Below are positions 13,501-26,365 of a stretch of 64,000 nt of DNA, in pieces. The notes beneath the pieces were generated by a model, which was given only the letters and a program-made list of their open reading frames with translations, ran no database searches and was not told the DNA's origin. Position numbers and translations under genes: made by a program. The first letter of the stretch is position 1. Each line of letters starts with the position of its first letter. This stretch comes from Octopus vulgaris (lineage: Eukaryota), in NCBI GenBank assembly GCA_951406725.2, contig OX597836.1:42346001-42410000 (forward strand). Direction: 5' to 3'.

Positions 13501-16500
13501 TGCATACATGGTACATGTTGGGCTATGGGTCTGTGGATTGTAACTAGTCTTGCAGTCGGTTTAGCTACATGTCAGACATGCGCATAGTCAGGAGAAAGGC
13601 CCCTGACTAAACAACAACACCATCACACCGACTCATAAAGGCCAGTTTCCCAGTTTCCATGGCGTAAATATTTCCCACCTGGTTGGGACACCAGCCCATC
13701 ACAGGATAACTCACTTTTTCCAGCTGACTGGACTGGAGCAACGAAAAAATGAAGTGTTTTCTTCAAGAAAACAACACATCGCCCACTCCAGGAATTGAAA
13801 CCACAATCTTATGATCATGAGTCTAACACTAAGACCTGTGCCTTCACTCATGGCAACTATTACCAGACACAAACCACATTCTGTCACATATTACACATGA
13901 CCACAACTGCAAATCAACAAAGAAGCCTCTATGTGGATACTCAACTTGCTAGAAATAGATAACAATCAAAATTTCCCCTGCAAATCACTGCCTTATTAAT
14001 AAAAGGGCACATTAGACAATGTACCCCCTGTTTCCCTACACATAAGAAAATCGTTAGACTTTTTACAGCTGGTAGACTTTTGATCATAGATCTGCTCAAC
14101 AAGTGCTGACCTGGGGCCAAATAAAACCACCACCATCACCACCATGAGAGACATAATACAGTTATTACCAACAAATGAGAGGTTGTAGGCCAGGGTAGAG
14201 GCACATTTGATCTTCGCATCCTGCACCATCTGTGGACTCGCATCATTAACGGTCATGTTGTAACCCATTTCTGCAAAACTGAGGAACAAATCAAGCAGTT
14301 ATCATCATCATCATCATCATTATCCTTATCATCATTGATACCACCACAACCACCATCATCATCATCATCATTGATACCACCACCACCACCACCACCACCA
14401 CCACATTATACTAAAGAACAAAAGTGGGAGTGAGGAAAAGTTAGAGATGAATGAGGAAGAAAGGAAAACAGAGAATAAGAGAAAAGAAGGTTTGGAGATA
14501 GTATAATAGATATAAGAGATAGATAGATAGAGAGAGAGAGAGAGTGGGAGGGAGGGAGAGAGAGAGTGGGAGGGAGAGAGATTTTCATCTGACTTGTACA
14601 ACATACTTCAAGGCTTCCACATGATTTCCCCGCATATAAGCGTTGTCTGCCATGCTATTGTACAGCAGCACCTGTCGGTACTGGATGTTTCTCGATTTCA
14701 ATACATCCAAAGCCTTCTTGTAGTGCTCCATGGCTTCTTTGTATCCTCCATAACCTGTGGAAAACCCAAGGAAATATTCTGTGTTACAATGATGCCCAAA
14801 GTAATAGCTACACCTACAACAACAACAACAGCAACATCTACAAATAATAAAAAACAGCAGACAACATCACTGGCAATGGTAGCCTCAAACAGTAACTCAA
14901 CATTGTCAGAAATAACAGCTAAATTTCACTCAAATCACACTGAGTCATCTTACAAAAGGAAGAGCACACTAGATGATGTAGTTATTGATATACATAGAAA
15001 ATGGTATGATCAGATAGAACACCTTCAATCAGAGGTCATTCTATCAAAACTGACCTGGAGGTCAGCAACAATAACAGCAGCAGCAACAACAACAACAGAC
15101 CAATAAGTATTAAAATAAGTAATGGGTGTATATGCATTGTACAACAGCACAGTATCAACTGATAAGCCTTTCATATACCCAGTAGCGTATTATGATTTCA
15201 TAACGAGATATGGCGTCTCAACCAGTAATTAATAAACATGTATTACATAGTGGGTATGTGGATCAAGTGTTAATTTGTATTCCATTGCCTTTTCAATATA
15301 GCATGGTGTGTTCAATTCACACAGAAGACAAATGATGTTTATCATCAATTATTCATTAAAAGGCTCCGACATGGTTGTGTGGTAAGAACATTCCTGCTCA
15401 ACCAAAGGGTTCTGAGTTCTGCCCCACTGCATTACACTTTGGACAGGTGTCTTTTGCAATAGCCTTAGGCTGGCCAAAGCCTTATGAGTGGATCTGGTTG
15501 AAAGAAACTGAAAAAAGCCCATCGTATATGTATACATATATACAAATACAAGTAAATAAATGAAGTTGAATGCAGATGCTATTCAAATTCTTTTACTATC
15601 GACATATGTTTCGAAGACAACATTGGTTTTATTCCAAAGGAATAAACGGTGTCAATTACAATCTTCTCATCAGGAAAGAAAGAGAACCTATCTCAACATT
15701 TTCCATGTTAACAGTAAACAAAGGATAATTTATTCATCCATTTATATATACAAATATATATGTATGTATTTTCTTTTTTTAAAGCATTCACTAATTACAG
15801 GATCCTTAGAGCACTGAAAACCTAAGAGTTACTAGAATAAAATGGACACCAGACAGAAGTCAATAGGTGAAGATGTACATTAGACTTAAAAGACTGAAGG
15901 ATATATTAAAGCGGAAAAGAAGACTGTGGAAGGGAATTCCAAAGTTCAGAGGCGTGAGGGAAGAAACTGGTTCTGTAAAGGGCTTTACGGCGCTTAGGAG
16001 GTTGCACGGGATACTGATGGATACAAGTCTGGTTGATCGGTGATAAGTTCTTGGAGGAGGAACCAGAGAGGAGAGCTCAGCTGAACAATGTCTATGGAAA
16101 TACTTATAGAAAAGGGACAAGGAAGACCCACATGATGACGATGAGAGAGTGAATCCAATTTAGAAGATAGATCAGGACCAATAGAATATGAATACAGCAT
16201 CGAATGCAGCCCAACAGAGTGAAACAATCTGCAGGAGCACCTGCCCATAAGTGAGAACAGTACTCAATGCATCTCTTATGATAAAAGGCAGATTTTCTCT
16301 GCCTCCCAAACCGTTCGTTTTTTATACAATTCTACAATATAGAATTTCTTCAATTGGAATTTACCTATCATTTTTCCAAGTAGAATCCATTGGGTCATGG
16401 CATGTAATGTTTTTTCAATTTCACCCCCAATTAAGCAAAAATTCGAGAAAACTCAATATTTTACGATTTCCCTCTTTCATTTCAAGTGCTTCACTCCTAC

Positions 16501-17794
16501 CATTACCACTACACTTTCTCCTCCTTTCTCTTTGCAAGTGTGCAACAATTAAAGTAAAAGGATTTATATAAAAGGGATGAGCAATTAATACTGGTCATCC
16601 TTTTTGCTACAAGAAGATCCGCTATGGTCTTATATGCTACACCACTGGTTTTCGATTCATATTAATCAACTTAATATTCAATTTTTCACCCTTTATTATG
16701 TGTGTGTGTATTAGCAATTCGTATAAAATTGCATCAATGACTTGAACTTGAATAAGTGGTTTCACATAAATGGGGATACATTAAAAAAGTTTGTTGTTAT
16801 TATTATTACTGTTTGACTATTGTAATCACGTTTGTTGGTTCCTCGTCAGGGAAACGTTGTTGTGTTGCATTTGTTAAATAATTGTAAACCGTAACCCTCC
16901 CCCTTTTGGAGAAGGGGCTTTGGTTATTGTTTTAAAATTGGACGATGCAAGCTTATCGTTTGGGATGAATGCACGATGGCCCACAGAGGTGCTCTTGAGG
17001 CACTAGATAGATCGCTCAGAGACATCAAAAACTCTTCAGCTCCCATGGGAGGCATAACACTTCTTCTTTCAGGGGACTTCCGACAAACACTTCCCGTTAT
17101 TCCCAAAGGGACTAGAACTGATGCAGTAAGTGCGTGTCTTAAGTCATCCACATTGTGGCCACTGGTGAAGATTCTCAAATTTCACACCAATATGCGTGTT
17201 CATATGCGACATAATATCACATCAGCAGCATTTTCTCACACTCTCCTTGCACTTGGCGAAGGCAAAATACCAGGGGATGAAAATGGTAATATTGCCATCG
17301 ATTCCATTTGTACCATTGTTAAAACGCCTTCTGATCTCAGAGATGCAGTGTTCCCAGATCTACAAGCTAATTATCAGAATATGGATTGGATTGGCCAAAG
17401 GGCTATTCTGGCCCCGAGGAATAAAACTGTTCACCATATTAATGATGAAATGCTAAAACTCATTCCTGGAGATGTCTATGTATAAGTCTATTGATACAAC
17501 TCCTGACCCAGAGGACGTCATCAACTATCCAATAGAGGTACTCAATTCCTTTGAGCCCACTGAACTACCACCACGCATTCTCAAACTTAAAGTTGGTGCC
17601 CCTATAGAAATTTGGTTCCCCCAAAACAATGCAATGGCACACGTTTGATCGTTAAGTCCTTATCTCCCACCGTAAACTTATATCGATATTTGCCTGAATA
17701 ATCATCATAATTCAGTGCAATCATTAACAGTACTTTCAGCCCCGAGCATCGCCGGGCAATTCTGGTAGTAAATATATATATATATATATATACG

Positions 17795-17865
<71 letters not shown>

Positions 17866-18833
17866 GTATGGATGGATGCATGCATGCATGCATGCAAGCA
17901 TATGTATATATATATATGCATATATATGTATATGGGTTATTCCATATCAAATCATCCAGTTTCAGAAAAATTTCCCTGGTCACCCCCTCAGATCCCTCTG
18001 AAAAAATTCATACCAGCTCCTGCAGAATTAATATGATTCACATTTGTGTCTGACCTAAGTATGTTTTAAAATTATGACTTCTTTGGGCATGTGTTCAAGG
18101 TTATCAGACAAAGAAGGTTGCTCAAGGAGCTGCCTTCCAAATGTTTATGTACATACATATATAGGGATAGGAGCATGCATATATGGATATATGTATAGAA
18201 TGTTAATAAAGTATAGAAAACATGCTTTATAAAACATACACGTATTTTGGTAAATTACTGCTAGTATTACGTAATTGCTTTTAGAAACATTATATAATCT
18301 CGTAAACACCTCTTCAGTATTTAGCAAAATATACAAAGAATGGTGCTAAATGCTCAACATTCCTGTTAAGCATATTATCTACATCAGTGGGATGACAAAA
18401 TCTACACACCATCGTCATATCATACCTGGTAAATCTGTCAATGATACACCATATGCTATATTCATAAAAGCTTGTTCTTCTTCATTACCAAATAACAGGG
18501 AGTTTTGTAGACATGCTTGGAAAAACTGTCTTGAATCTCTAGGGTGACATAGCATCAGTATATCTGAGGCTTTTAATGTTATCTAAAAGACAAAGACAGT
18601 AACATGTGTTAATATTTTGTCTGTAGGGATAATGTGGTGAGCTGGCAGAACCATTAGCGCACTAAACAGAATGCTTGGTGGCATTTTGTCTGTCTTCGTG
18701 TTCTGAGTTCAAATCAATTTTCCTCTTCCCAGAAATTGCTGGCCTTGTAGCAAAATTTGAAATCAACGTTATTATGAAAAATATTAATGATTTCAAATCT
18801 TTACTGCTGCAGGGAAATAATAATAATAATAAT

Positions 18834-18876
<43 letters not shown>

Positions 18877-20814
18877 TTAATAATAATAATAAAAAAAAAA
18901 TAATAATGATAATAATAATAATTCTTTCTACTACTTTTCCCTTTTTTGTCAGTGTTGATAACTTTAAGTTTCACATCAGATCGTTTGCAAGTCCTTGAGA
19001 ATGCAGCATATACCTGACCTATTTCTTTTACTACCCACAAGGGGCTAAACACAGAGGGGACAAACAAGGACACACAAACGGATTAAGTCGATTACATTGA
19101 CCCCAGTGCGTAACTGGTACTTGATTTATCGACCCCGAAAGAATGAAAAGCAAAGTCGACCTCGGCGGAATTTGAACTCACAACGTAGCGGCAGATGAAA
19201 TACGTATTTCCTTACTACCCACAAGGGGATAAACACAGAGAGGACAAACAAGCTCAGACAAACGAATTAAGTCGATTACATCGACCTCAGTGCATAACTG
19301 GTACTTAACTTATCGACCCTGAAAGGACGAAAGGCAAAGTCGACCTCAGCGGAATTTGAACTCAGAACGTAACGGCAGACGAAATATGGCTAAGCATTTC
19401 GTCCGGCGTGCTGACGTTTCTGCCAGCTCGCCACCTCATACCTGACAGCATATACCTGGCCATGGCTGAATACAGGTTCAGGTAAGAATAGCCCCATTTT
19501 ATTAAAAGTCTTCAGTTGTGATTTACTGATAGCCACTCCATATGACAGGCGAACGGGGAACTGGTGAATGGCAAGTTTTGGATATGCATGCAAACTCTTA
19601 TATGGACCTCCATGGGACATATGGACCCCCATGGGCCATATGGCCCTCAATTGAGAACCAATGATAAAGATGTGGGAAGATATAACACAGGTTAAACGAA
19701 AATGCGACATATGAAAGACTGACTTACAACACAAGATAGAAGACACGTTGTTAAGGACAAAATATCTTACCTCATAATAAACTCCATATGTCCTACCATC
19801 TGAGGGTGCTTCAATCCCTTTCTTCAAGATAAATGAAATATTTTCCCAGTTATTCTTCATTATTCCAAGTGCTTCATATATGAGGCCTTTATCATAAATA
19901 TCTTGAGCCTTCATCAGACTTTTCCCGATAATGTTTGTATATTTGAGCTTTACCAAATCATTGCTGTGTACATTGTCAATCTGTTGCATAGAAAGTACAC
20001 GTACTAATTCTTGTACTTGGAAATTCTGTAATTCTAAATCTGAACTGATCAAACCTTGTTCAACAAGCGGCATCAGAACACGTATCATTGAAGCTGGTTG
20101 ACTAGAAGAACCAGTCATTTCAACAGCTTCCTCAATACCAAATCTTCCAGGAAAATATGAAAGCACTTTGATAGCTTCTTGCTGTTCGAGAGAGAGTTGA
20201 GAAAAGTACTTGTCCATTTCTTGTTTGATCTTACGTCTGTTAATTGTACATTCGTCCAGCCAGTCATTGAGCTTGGTTTCATCACAAATCATTTTGTAGA
20301 TATCATTAAAAGAGAAATTATGATGAAACTGGGAGAATTTTTCTGCAAAGTAAATAAGAAGTCCTGGCAGGCTACAGGCATATCTGATGATGTTGTGTAT
20401 TTGTTCTTTGTTCTCATCATCCGTCTCAATGTCTGAACAGCGACCGAAAAGAAGCTGGGCATCTTTAATGGACAATGGACTCACTTTACACTCTCCAAAC
20501 CTGATTCCATCAAACTGAAATGGTTCTCCACCACTTAATATGAGAATGATTTTTAGATTTGGGTGCAGTGGAAAACCATTGTCGCAAAGCTCCTGGAAAC
20601 CTGGAAGGAAGCTTTCTTGAATGTTCTGGAAATCATCAAAAATACAAATTTTCCATTTCGTGTTGGTGATAGTGGAACAATTGGTGAATGTATTGTACAT
20701 GTTGGAAATATCAGACCAACTGCTATTATTAGAAATATGGATGTGTTTTATGTGGAGTCTTTCGGGGTTGATTTCCTCCTTCAATTCTTGACAGACCTGA
20801 CATATTAGAAACAT
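3486..20814 (-). CDS. Copy A: paralogous NB-ARC-like/TPR gene, exons 2-10 open, P-loop exon not found; join(19771-20796 [or ATG at 20814],18426-18582,14607-14754,14169-14278,12487-12600,11926-12069,11118-11229,8037-8301,3486-3806)
   Basis: Exon lengths identical to copy B, splice sites conserved, no stops or frameshifts seen. Homology to copy B ends near 21869, about 175 bp short of where exon 1 lies in copy B. Functional status uncertain (truncated gene, alternative cassette or young pseudogene). Confidence 0.7.
3912..4510 (+). mobile_element. Non-autonomous hammerhead-bearing element with inverted end, in (TA)n; family also at ~50350-50700
   Basis: 3912-3970 is inverted relative to ~4420-4477; 4163-4510 matches 50353-50698; absent from the paralogous intron of copy B. 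Confidence 0.7.
4299..4343 (+). ncRNA. Hammerhead-like motif with CCGAAGA core (same family as 50488-50532)
   Basis: tgaac CCGAAGA ttgca...tgcat GAAA gtac TA gttca. Confidence 0.55.
4875..5105 (-). mobile_element. RTE-like LINE remnant (paralogue ~35655-35885)
   Basis: [13 protein letters not shown]...G.P...[14 protein letters not shown]. Confidence 0.55.
5110..5880 (-). repeat. tRNA-derived SINE with 4 tandem 183-bp body units
   Basis: Unit starts ~5110, 5294, 5477, 5660; B-box-like GAGTTCAAATTCC and Nin/Deu-like core GCCTTTCATCCTTTCGGGG..GAT...AGTACCAG on the minus strand. Confidence 0.85.
6915..7793 (+). mobile_element. Decayed mariner transposon
   Basis: TIRs ttgggtcatcccataaa / tttatgggatgatccaa, TA flanks, [21 protein letters not shown] motif. 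Confidence 0.85.
8037..8301 (-). CDS. Copy A exon 9
   Basis: 265 nt, attccag|G ... CAG|gtatgg. Confidence 0.78.
8349..8820. repeat. (GGT/GAT)n low-complexity tract upstream of exon 9 (paralogue 39034-39420)
   Basis: Direct reading. Confidence 0.9.
9041..9267. repeat. Fold-back/MITE-like inverted repeat (paralogue ~39640-39862)
   Basis: gggtatctacgagatacc...gctgaaaatagcagccaggatct / agatcctggctgctattttcagcatg...ggtatctcgtaga. Confidence 0.75.
11118..11229 (-). CDS. Copy A exon 8
   Basis: 112 nt, cctccag|GT ... AT|gtaagt; [36 protein letters not shown]. Confidence 0.73.
11926..12069 (-). CDS. Copy A exon 7
   Basis: 144 nt, caacag|AT ... A|gtaagt. Confidence 0.78.
12487..12600 (-). CDS. Copy A exon 6
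   Basis: 114 nt, tttgcag|GT ... A|gtaagt. Confidence 0.78.
13228..13446. mobile_element. Mariner-type MITE (paralogue ~46311-46530)
   Basis: TIRs tgagggggtgctggaaagttcctggcttt / aaagccaggaactttctcagcatcccctca. Confidence 0.65.
14169..14278 (-). CDS. Copy A exon 5
   Basis: 110 nt, ttcctcag|T ... G|gtaata. Confidence 0.73.
14607..14754 (-). CDS. Copy A exon 4
   Basis: 148 nt, ccacag|GT ... AA|gtatgt. Confidence 0.78.
15594..15680 (-). ncRNA. Type I hammerhead ribozyme
   Basis: Minus strand: ctttc CTGATGA gaaga...tcttc GAAA catatg TC gatag; palindromic stem III, GUC site, one stem I mismatch. Confidence 0.75.
15850..16260 (-). mobile_element. LINE (CR1/L2/Jockey-group) ORF2 3' remnant
   Basis: [10 protein letters not shown]...[21 protein letters not shown], frameshifted. 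Confidence 0.6.
16272..17768 (+). mobile_element. Deleted Helitron with PIF1-type helicase remnant; copy A only
   Basis: [24 protein letters not shown]...[12 protein letters not shown]...RAILAPRN (16976-17485); 3' hairpin CCCGAGCATCGCCGGG followed by GTAG|T; 5' TC end tentative. Confidence 0.8.
18426..18582 (-). CDS. Copy A exon 3
   Basis: 157 nt, AG/GT flanks, homologous to 52562-52718. Confidence 0.78.
19771..20796 (-). CDS. Copy A exon 2
   Basis: 1026 nt as in copy B; acceptor gtcag|GTC, donor GAG|gtaaga. Confidence 0.85.
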
Positions 20815-23800
20815 AACATTAGCACAAGTTCAAAGATTTCCATAGATTCACTTATCATTTTATTGGTCTCTCAGTTTGTCTCTTTCTGACTCTATAATTC
20901 TCTCTCAATAACTGTCTCTTTGTCTATTCTTTTATCTATGCATTAGTTCAGGGTATCCTTTATATTCCTTTATATTCACCTTACAGTTTGTCTAAGTATC
21001 TTTCTGGATAACAGTTTGTCACTTTGCCATTCAATCTCTTTAATTATCTTTAATTATCCAATGCTTTTTTACATGGCACCTTGCTTTTAAGATATCAATT
21101 CTTTGTGGTGGTGGTGGTGGTGGTGGTGGTGGTGATGGTGTCTTTAGGAGCAGGTGAGGCTGTGTGGTAAGTAGCTTGCTTCCCAGTAACAGTAGATGAA
21201 AGCAGGTCAATAAAAAGAGACTAATAGAATAAGTTTAAGAAAAAAAAGTACTAAGCCATACTTCCAGAATTTTTAAAGAAATTTGGGGATTTCAGCATGA
21301 AGTTCCCATGGGATACCTTCTGTTTTTTTACCTGAAGTTATTTGTTAATATATATATATATATATTTCTTTACTACCCACAAGGGGCTAAACACAGAGAA
21401 GACAAACAAGGACAGAGAAAGTTGCTTCATCTCTTTTAATATCCATCTCTTATTTCATCTCTCTCTCTCTCATTCTCTGTCTATCAATTAACTAGTCTCT
21501 ACATATATTCTTCTACCCATCAATAACTTCATTTATCTCTCTGGCTATTTAACTCATCGTCATCGTCATCATTTAACGCCCACTTGTGCCACATTAAAAG
21601 CACCTACTACATTCTGTGGATATGATAATATATCTATAGGCACAGATAGAATGCCTTTCATTGAGTCTCAATCAGGGCAAGCCTGCAGCCAAACAAGAAC
21701 CTGCACTGTCAAGCCAATCTACTAGAAAAAGCAGTCAAATCTCTCTCAAACTGCACCTCTTTTTATAACATAGAACAGGATACATTCAAGAATGTAGTCT
21801 TTCACACCTTTAAATAGACAGGATGGTTACAAGAGAAATACCTTTGATCATAGGTCAACCACCAACTCAGACAAACGAATTAAGTCGATTACATCGACCT
21901 CAGTGCGTAACTGGTACTTAATTTATCGACCCTGAAAGGATGAAAGGCAAAGTCGACCTCGACGGAATTTGAACTCAAACGAAATGCCTATTTCTTTACT
22001 ACCCACAAGGGGCTAAACACAGAGGGGACAAACAAGGACAGACAAACGGATTAAGATGATTACATCGACCCCAGTGCGTAATTGGTACTTAATTTATCGA
22101 CCCTGAAAGGATGAAAGGCAAAGTCGACCTTGACGGAATTTGAACTCAGAACGTAACGGCAGACGAAATATGGCTACGCATTTCGTCCGACGTGCTAACG
22201 TTTCTGCCAGCTCGCAGCCTTAATAACGCTTATAACATTCAAGCAACACATTCTTTGACCTAGTAACTCGGTTGATACTATGACGCTTTCTCATAGCGGA
22301 TTAATATGTAACAAAGCTCAATTATTAAACAAAACAGTACGAAATCAGGCAATGTCACTTTAATGGATGGAACGAGCTAATGTACGACACATATCTCTTT
22401 ACTCTCTTTTACTAGTTTCAGTCATTTGACTGTGGCCATGCTGGAGCACCACCTTTAGTCGAGCAAATTGACCCCAGGACTTATTCTTTGTAAGCCTAGT
22501 ACTTATTCTATCGGTTCTCTTTTGCCGAGCCACTAAGTTACGGGGACGTAAACACACCAGCATCGGTTGTCAAGCGATGTTAGGGGGACAGACACAGACA
22601 CACAAACACATATACACACACATGTCCTTTACCTCCCCCACCTAAATCATAATTAGGCTGTCCGGTGACGGCTTAAAGAATAATAAATCTGAACTCTTCA
22701 AAAGTATGGGGTAACTATCCAATTTAGTATAAAACTGTTTTAATTTTAACTGAACATAAACACACACACACACATATATATAAATATAAATATAAATATA
22801 GGCGAAAGTAAAGAATACGTACACCCGGGGTTTAGGGTTATGGTTAGGAGTTAAGGTTTAGGTTTAAGGTTTTGGTTACGCCGAAAACGGTGTATTTTTT
22901 GCATGGAATCAAGTACTCTGACCTCCTAATATGCTGTAGCCCCCTTTTTTTTTTGTTCGGATAAAAAGCGGGTGGGAAACCGAACCCCTCCAATCCCGAA
23001 ATCATTGGAATTTTTTTTTCTTTGAAAGAATTCCAGTGGCCCCCTAATATGCCACAAAACCCAACCAACTGGGGATCCGGAAAACGGGGTGGGCTGGAAG
23101 CCTCGGAAATTTCACCCTCACCGCCATTGGGAAGTATACCCGCGCGATTTTCAATAATAAAAAAAAAAACTAAGGTTTTTTGGGTGGAATCAAGTACCCT
23201 GACTTCTCATATGCTACAAACCCCTTATTTTCGTTTGGGAAAAAAATGGGGTGGGAAACCGGACCCCTCCCTTATCCCGGAATTATTGGAAAATTTTTTT
23301 TTTTCATTGAATGAATTCCGGTGACCTCCTAATATGCCATAAAACCCCTTTCTTGGTCCGGAAAAGAGGGTGGGGTTGGGGTACAACCCTCGGAAATTCA
23401 CCCCACCCCCATCATTCTCAAATTTTTTTTGCTGTTTCTTTCTTTACTCATATTTTTAGGGCATCCAAAGGAGCATACAAGCGATCACCATTTTTAGATA
23501 AGATTTTGCAGAAATGTGTTTTCGAGAGTGTGCATTACATCAGATTGAAAATTCAAAGAAGGGCGATCTTTCGGTATGAGAACCGTGTTTATGAACTTCT
23601 TAAAACACGTGTATTTGTTTATGTTTCTGATGAACAAAGTATGTTTCAAACGGCGTTCTTTTCTGTATCTGTCTTCCTCACTCACTCACGCTATTTCCTC
23701 CCTTGCCGTCTAATTTATTTTTTTACATATGTGGTGTGAGGGGAAAGGGGATCTTTTGAAGTAAGCGTGAAAGCGAAAGAGACTGAGAGAGCACGATTCG

Positions 23801-23831
23801 ATCAGGGAATTTCTCTCGAAGTTGGCGTGCC

Positions 23832-25070
23832 GTGTGTGTGTATGTGTGTGTGTGTGTGTGCGTGTTTAATGGGGTGTGCAAGACAGAAAGTGTGGTGTGT
23901 ATGTGAAGTTCTTTTGTTAGTGTAGTGCTGGTGTGTGTGTATGTGTGTGTGTGTGTGTGTGTGTGTTTAATGGGGTGTGCAAGACAGAAAGTGTGGTGTG
24001 TATGTGAAGTTCTGTTGTTAGTGTAGTGCTGGTGTGTGTGTATGTGTGTGTGTGTGTGTGTGCGTGTTTAATGGGGTGTGCAAGACAGAAAGTGTGGTGT
24101 GTATGTGAAGTTCTTTTGTTAGTGTAGTGCTGGTGTGTGTGTATGTGTGTGTGTGTGTGTGTGCGTGTTTAATGGGGTGTGCAAGACAGAAAGTGTGGTG
24201 TGTATGTGAAGTTCTGTTGTTAGTGTAGTGCTGGTGTGTGTGTATGTGTGTGTGTGTGTGTGTGCGTGTTTAATGGGGTGTGCAAGACAGAAAGTGTGGT
24301 GTGTATGTGAAGTTCTGTTGTTAGTGTAGTGCTGGTGTGTGTGTATGTGTGTGTGTGTGTGTGTGCGTGTTTAATGGGGTGTGCAAGACAGAAAGTGTGG
24401 TGTGTATGTGAAGTTCTGTTGTTAGTGTAGTGCTGGTGTGTGTGTATGTGTGTGTGTGTGTGTGTGCGTGTTTAATGGGGTGTGCAAGACAGAAAGTGTG
24501 GTGTGTATGTGAAGTTCTTTTGTTAGTGTAGTGCTGGTGTGTGTGTATGTGTGTGTGTGTGTGTGTGCGTGTTTAATGGGGTGTGCAAGACAGAAAGTGT
24601 GGTGTGTATGTGAAGTTCTGTTGTTAGTGTAGTGCTGGTGTGTGTGTATGTGTGTGTGTGTGTGTGTGCGTGTTTAATGGGGTGTGCAAGACAGAAAGTG
24701 TGGTGTGTATGTGAAGTTCTTTTGTTAGTGTAGTGCTGGTGTGTGTGTATGTGTGTGTGTGTGTGTGTGCGTGTTTAATGGGGTGTGCAAGACAGAAAGT
24801 GTGGTGTGTATGTGAAGTTCTGTTGTTAGTGTAGTGCTGGTGTGTGTGTATGTGTGTGTGTGTGTGTGTGCGTGTTTAATGGGGTGTGCAAGACAGAAAG
24901 TGTGGTGTGTATGTGAAGTTCTGTTGTTAGTGTAGTGCTGGTGTGTGTGTATGTGTGTGTGTGTGTGTGTGCGTGTTTAATGGGGTGTGCAAGACAGAAA
25001 GTGTGGTGTGTATGTGAAGTTCTTTTGTTAGTGTAGTGCTGGTGTGTGTGTATGTGTGTGTGTGTGTGAG
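23832..25070. repeat. Minisatellite, ~12 copies of a ~101-bp GT-rich unit
   Basis: aagacagaaagtgtggtgtgtatgtgaagttc recurs every ~101 bp. Confidence 0.95.
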
Positions 25071-25185
25071 AGAGAGAGAAAACTGAAATTTTTTTTAATC
25101 ACTTTTTGTAGTGAGTGAATGTGTGAGTGATTGAAAGGGAAGAGAGAGAGAGAGAGAGAGAGGTTATGTATGGATGAGTGGCTGC

Positions 25186-25221
<36 letters not shown>

Positions 25222-25378
25222 TTACACAAAACTTACCTACGTACACCTATCGCATGCATGTTTTTTGGACGCATACTTGTTATATTTACTTTTTTAATGA
25301 GTGAACGTGTGAGTGATTGACAGAGTAAAAGAGCAGTTGTTTTGTATGTATGTATGTATGTATGTATGCATGTATATA

Positions 25379-25890
25379 TCTTTATATATAAAAGTGAAGT
25401 TGTGTGTCTGTCTCCTACGATTTAGATTCCTAACTACTCCCACATTTTGCGGTGCAGGTTAACCAAAACCGGGTATCTTATAGTCGTGATTCATATCGAG
25501 CCCTTCTGGGTATTAGCGCACGTCTATCTTAAAAGGTGTCGTTGCTAGGGCCAAAAACCCACTTTCACAAGTCCACTCCCATTCTTTTCTGTATCTGTCT
25601 TCCTCACTCACTCACGCTATTTCCTCCCTTCCCGTATAACTCCCCTACACATTCTCTTTATAACTTCGTCAAACGGCGTTCTTTTCTGTATCTGTCTTCC
25701 TCACTCACGCTATTCCTGCCTTCCCCTCTAACACCCCTTCACTTTCTCTTTATAACTTCGTCAAACGGCGTTCTTTTATGTATCTGTTTTCCTCACTCAC
25801 TCACGCTATTTCCTCCCTTCTCGTCTAACTCCCCTTCACTTTCTCTTTATAACTTCGTCAAACGGCGTTCTTTTATGTATCTGTCTGCAT
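25379..25890 (+). mobile_element. 5' part of the same Helitron family with internal ~90-bp degenerate repeats
   Basis: 25379-25525 is the reverse complement of 28790-28939; repeats of cttttctgtatctgtcttcctcactcac also occur at ~23650. Confidence 0.6.
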
Positions 25891-25968
25891 TCATATCATC
25901 GCCACCACCACCACCACGACACAATCATGAGAACAAATATTATGAATCAGATATTTATTGCGTTCATT

Positions 25969-26001
<33 letters not shown>

Positions 26002-26304
26002 TCTATATATAAATATGTATCTATAATGTATATATACAAAGTGTATATATCTGTATTTATGTATATTAAACTTTTTAATACTTTTTAATAGTTATATATA
26101 TTTTTAAACAAATTATAAATATAATTCAATGATTTTTATTTTAAATTTAAATAATTTAAATTTTTCAATTTTATATATTTTCTATATTATATTTTTATTT
26201 TTATGTTTTTGTTTTTGCTGTTCATTTGCCTATTAGTGGTTTAATCTCTAATTTAATTTATACATATATATATATAATTGTATACATTTGTATATATAAT
26301 GCGT

Positions 26305-26365
<61 letters not shown>

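Larger units (their letters stand above)
3405..21869. repeat. Segmental duplication unit A (paralogous to ~34419-57716)
   Basis: Collinear, highly similar exons and introns, interrupted by copy-specific insertions. Confidence 0.92.

Noticed and set aside
14594-14606. Exon 4 donor after CAA (gtcaga) with exon 5 acceptor at tttgcag
   Set aside because: Phases are incompatible and give stops; the AA|gtatgt and ctcag|T pair restores the frame in both copies
19390-19770. C-terminal extension of the 474-aa ORF
   Set aside because: Read-through past the GT donor into intron; includes a decayed helicase-like fragment (SQLKT...VFSHGQVY) absent from copy B
20179-20808. Plus-strand ORFs conserved in both copies
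   Set aside because: Antisense shadows of exon 2; conservation is explained by the recent duplication
22826-22875. Telomere
   Set aside because: Short, degenerate, interstitial TTAGGG-like run inside a repeat element
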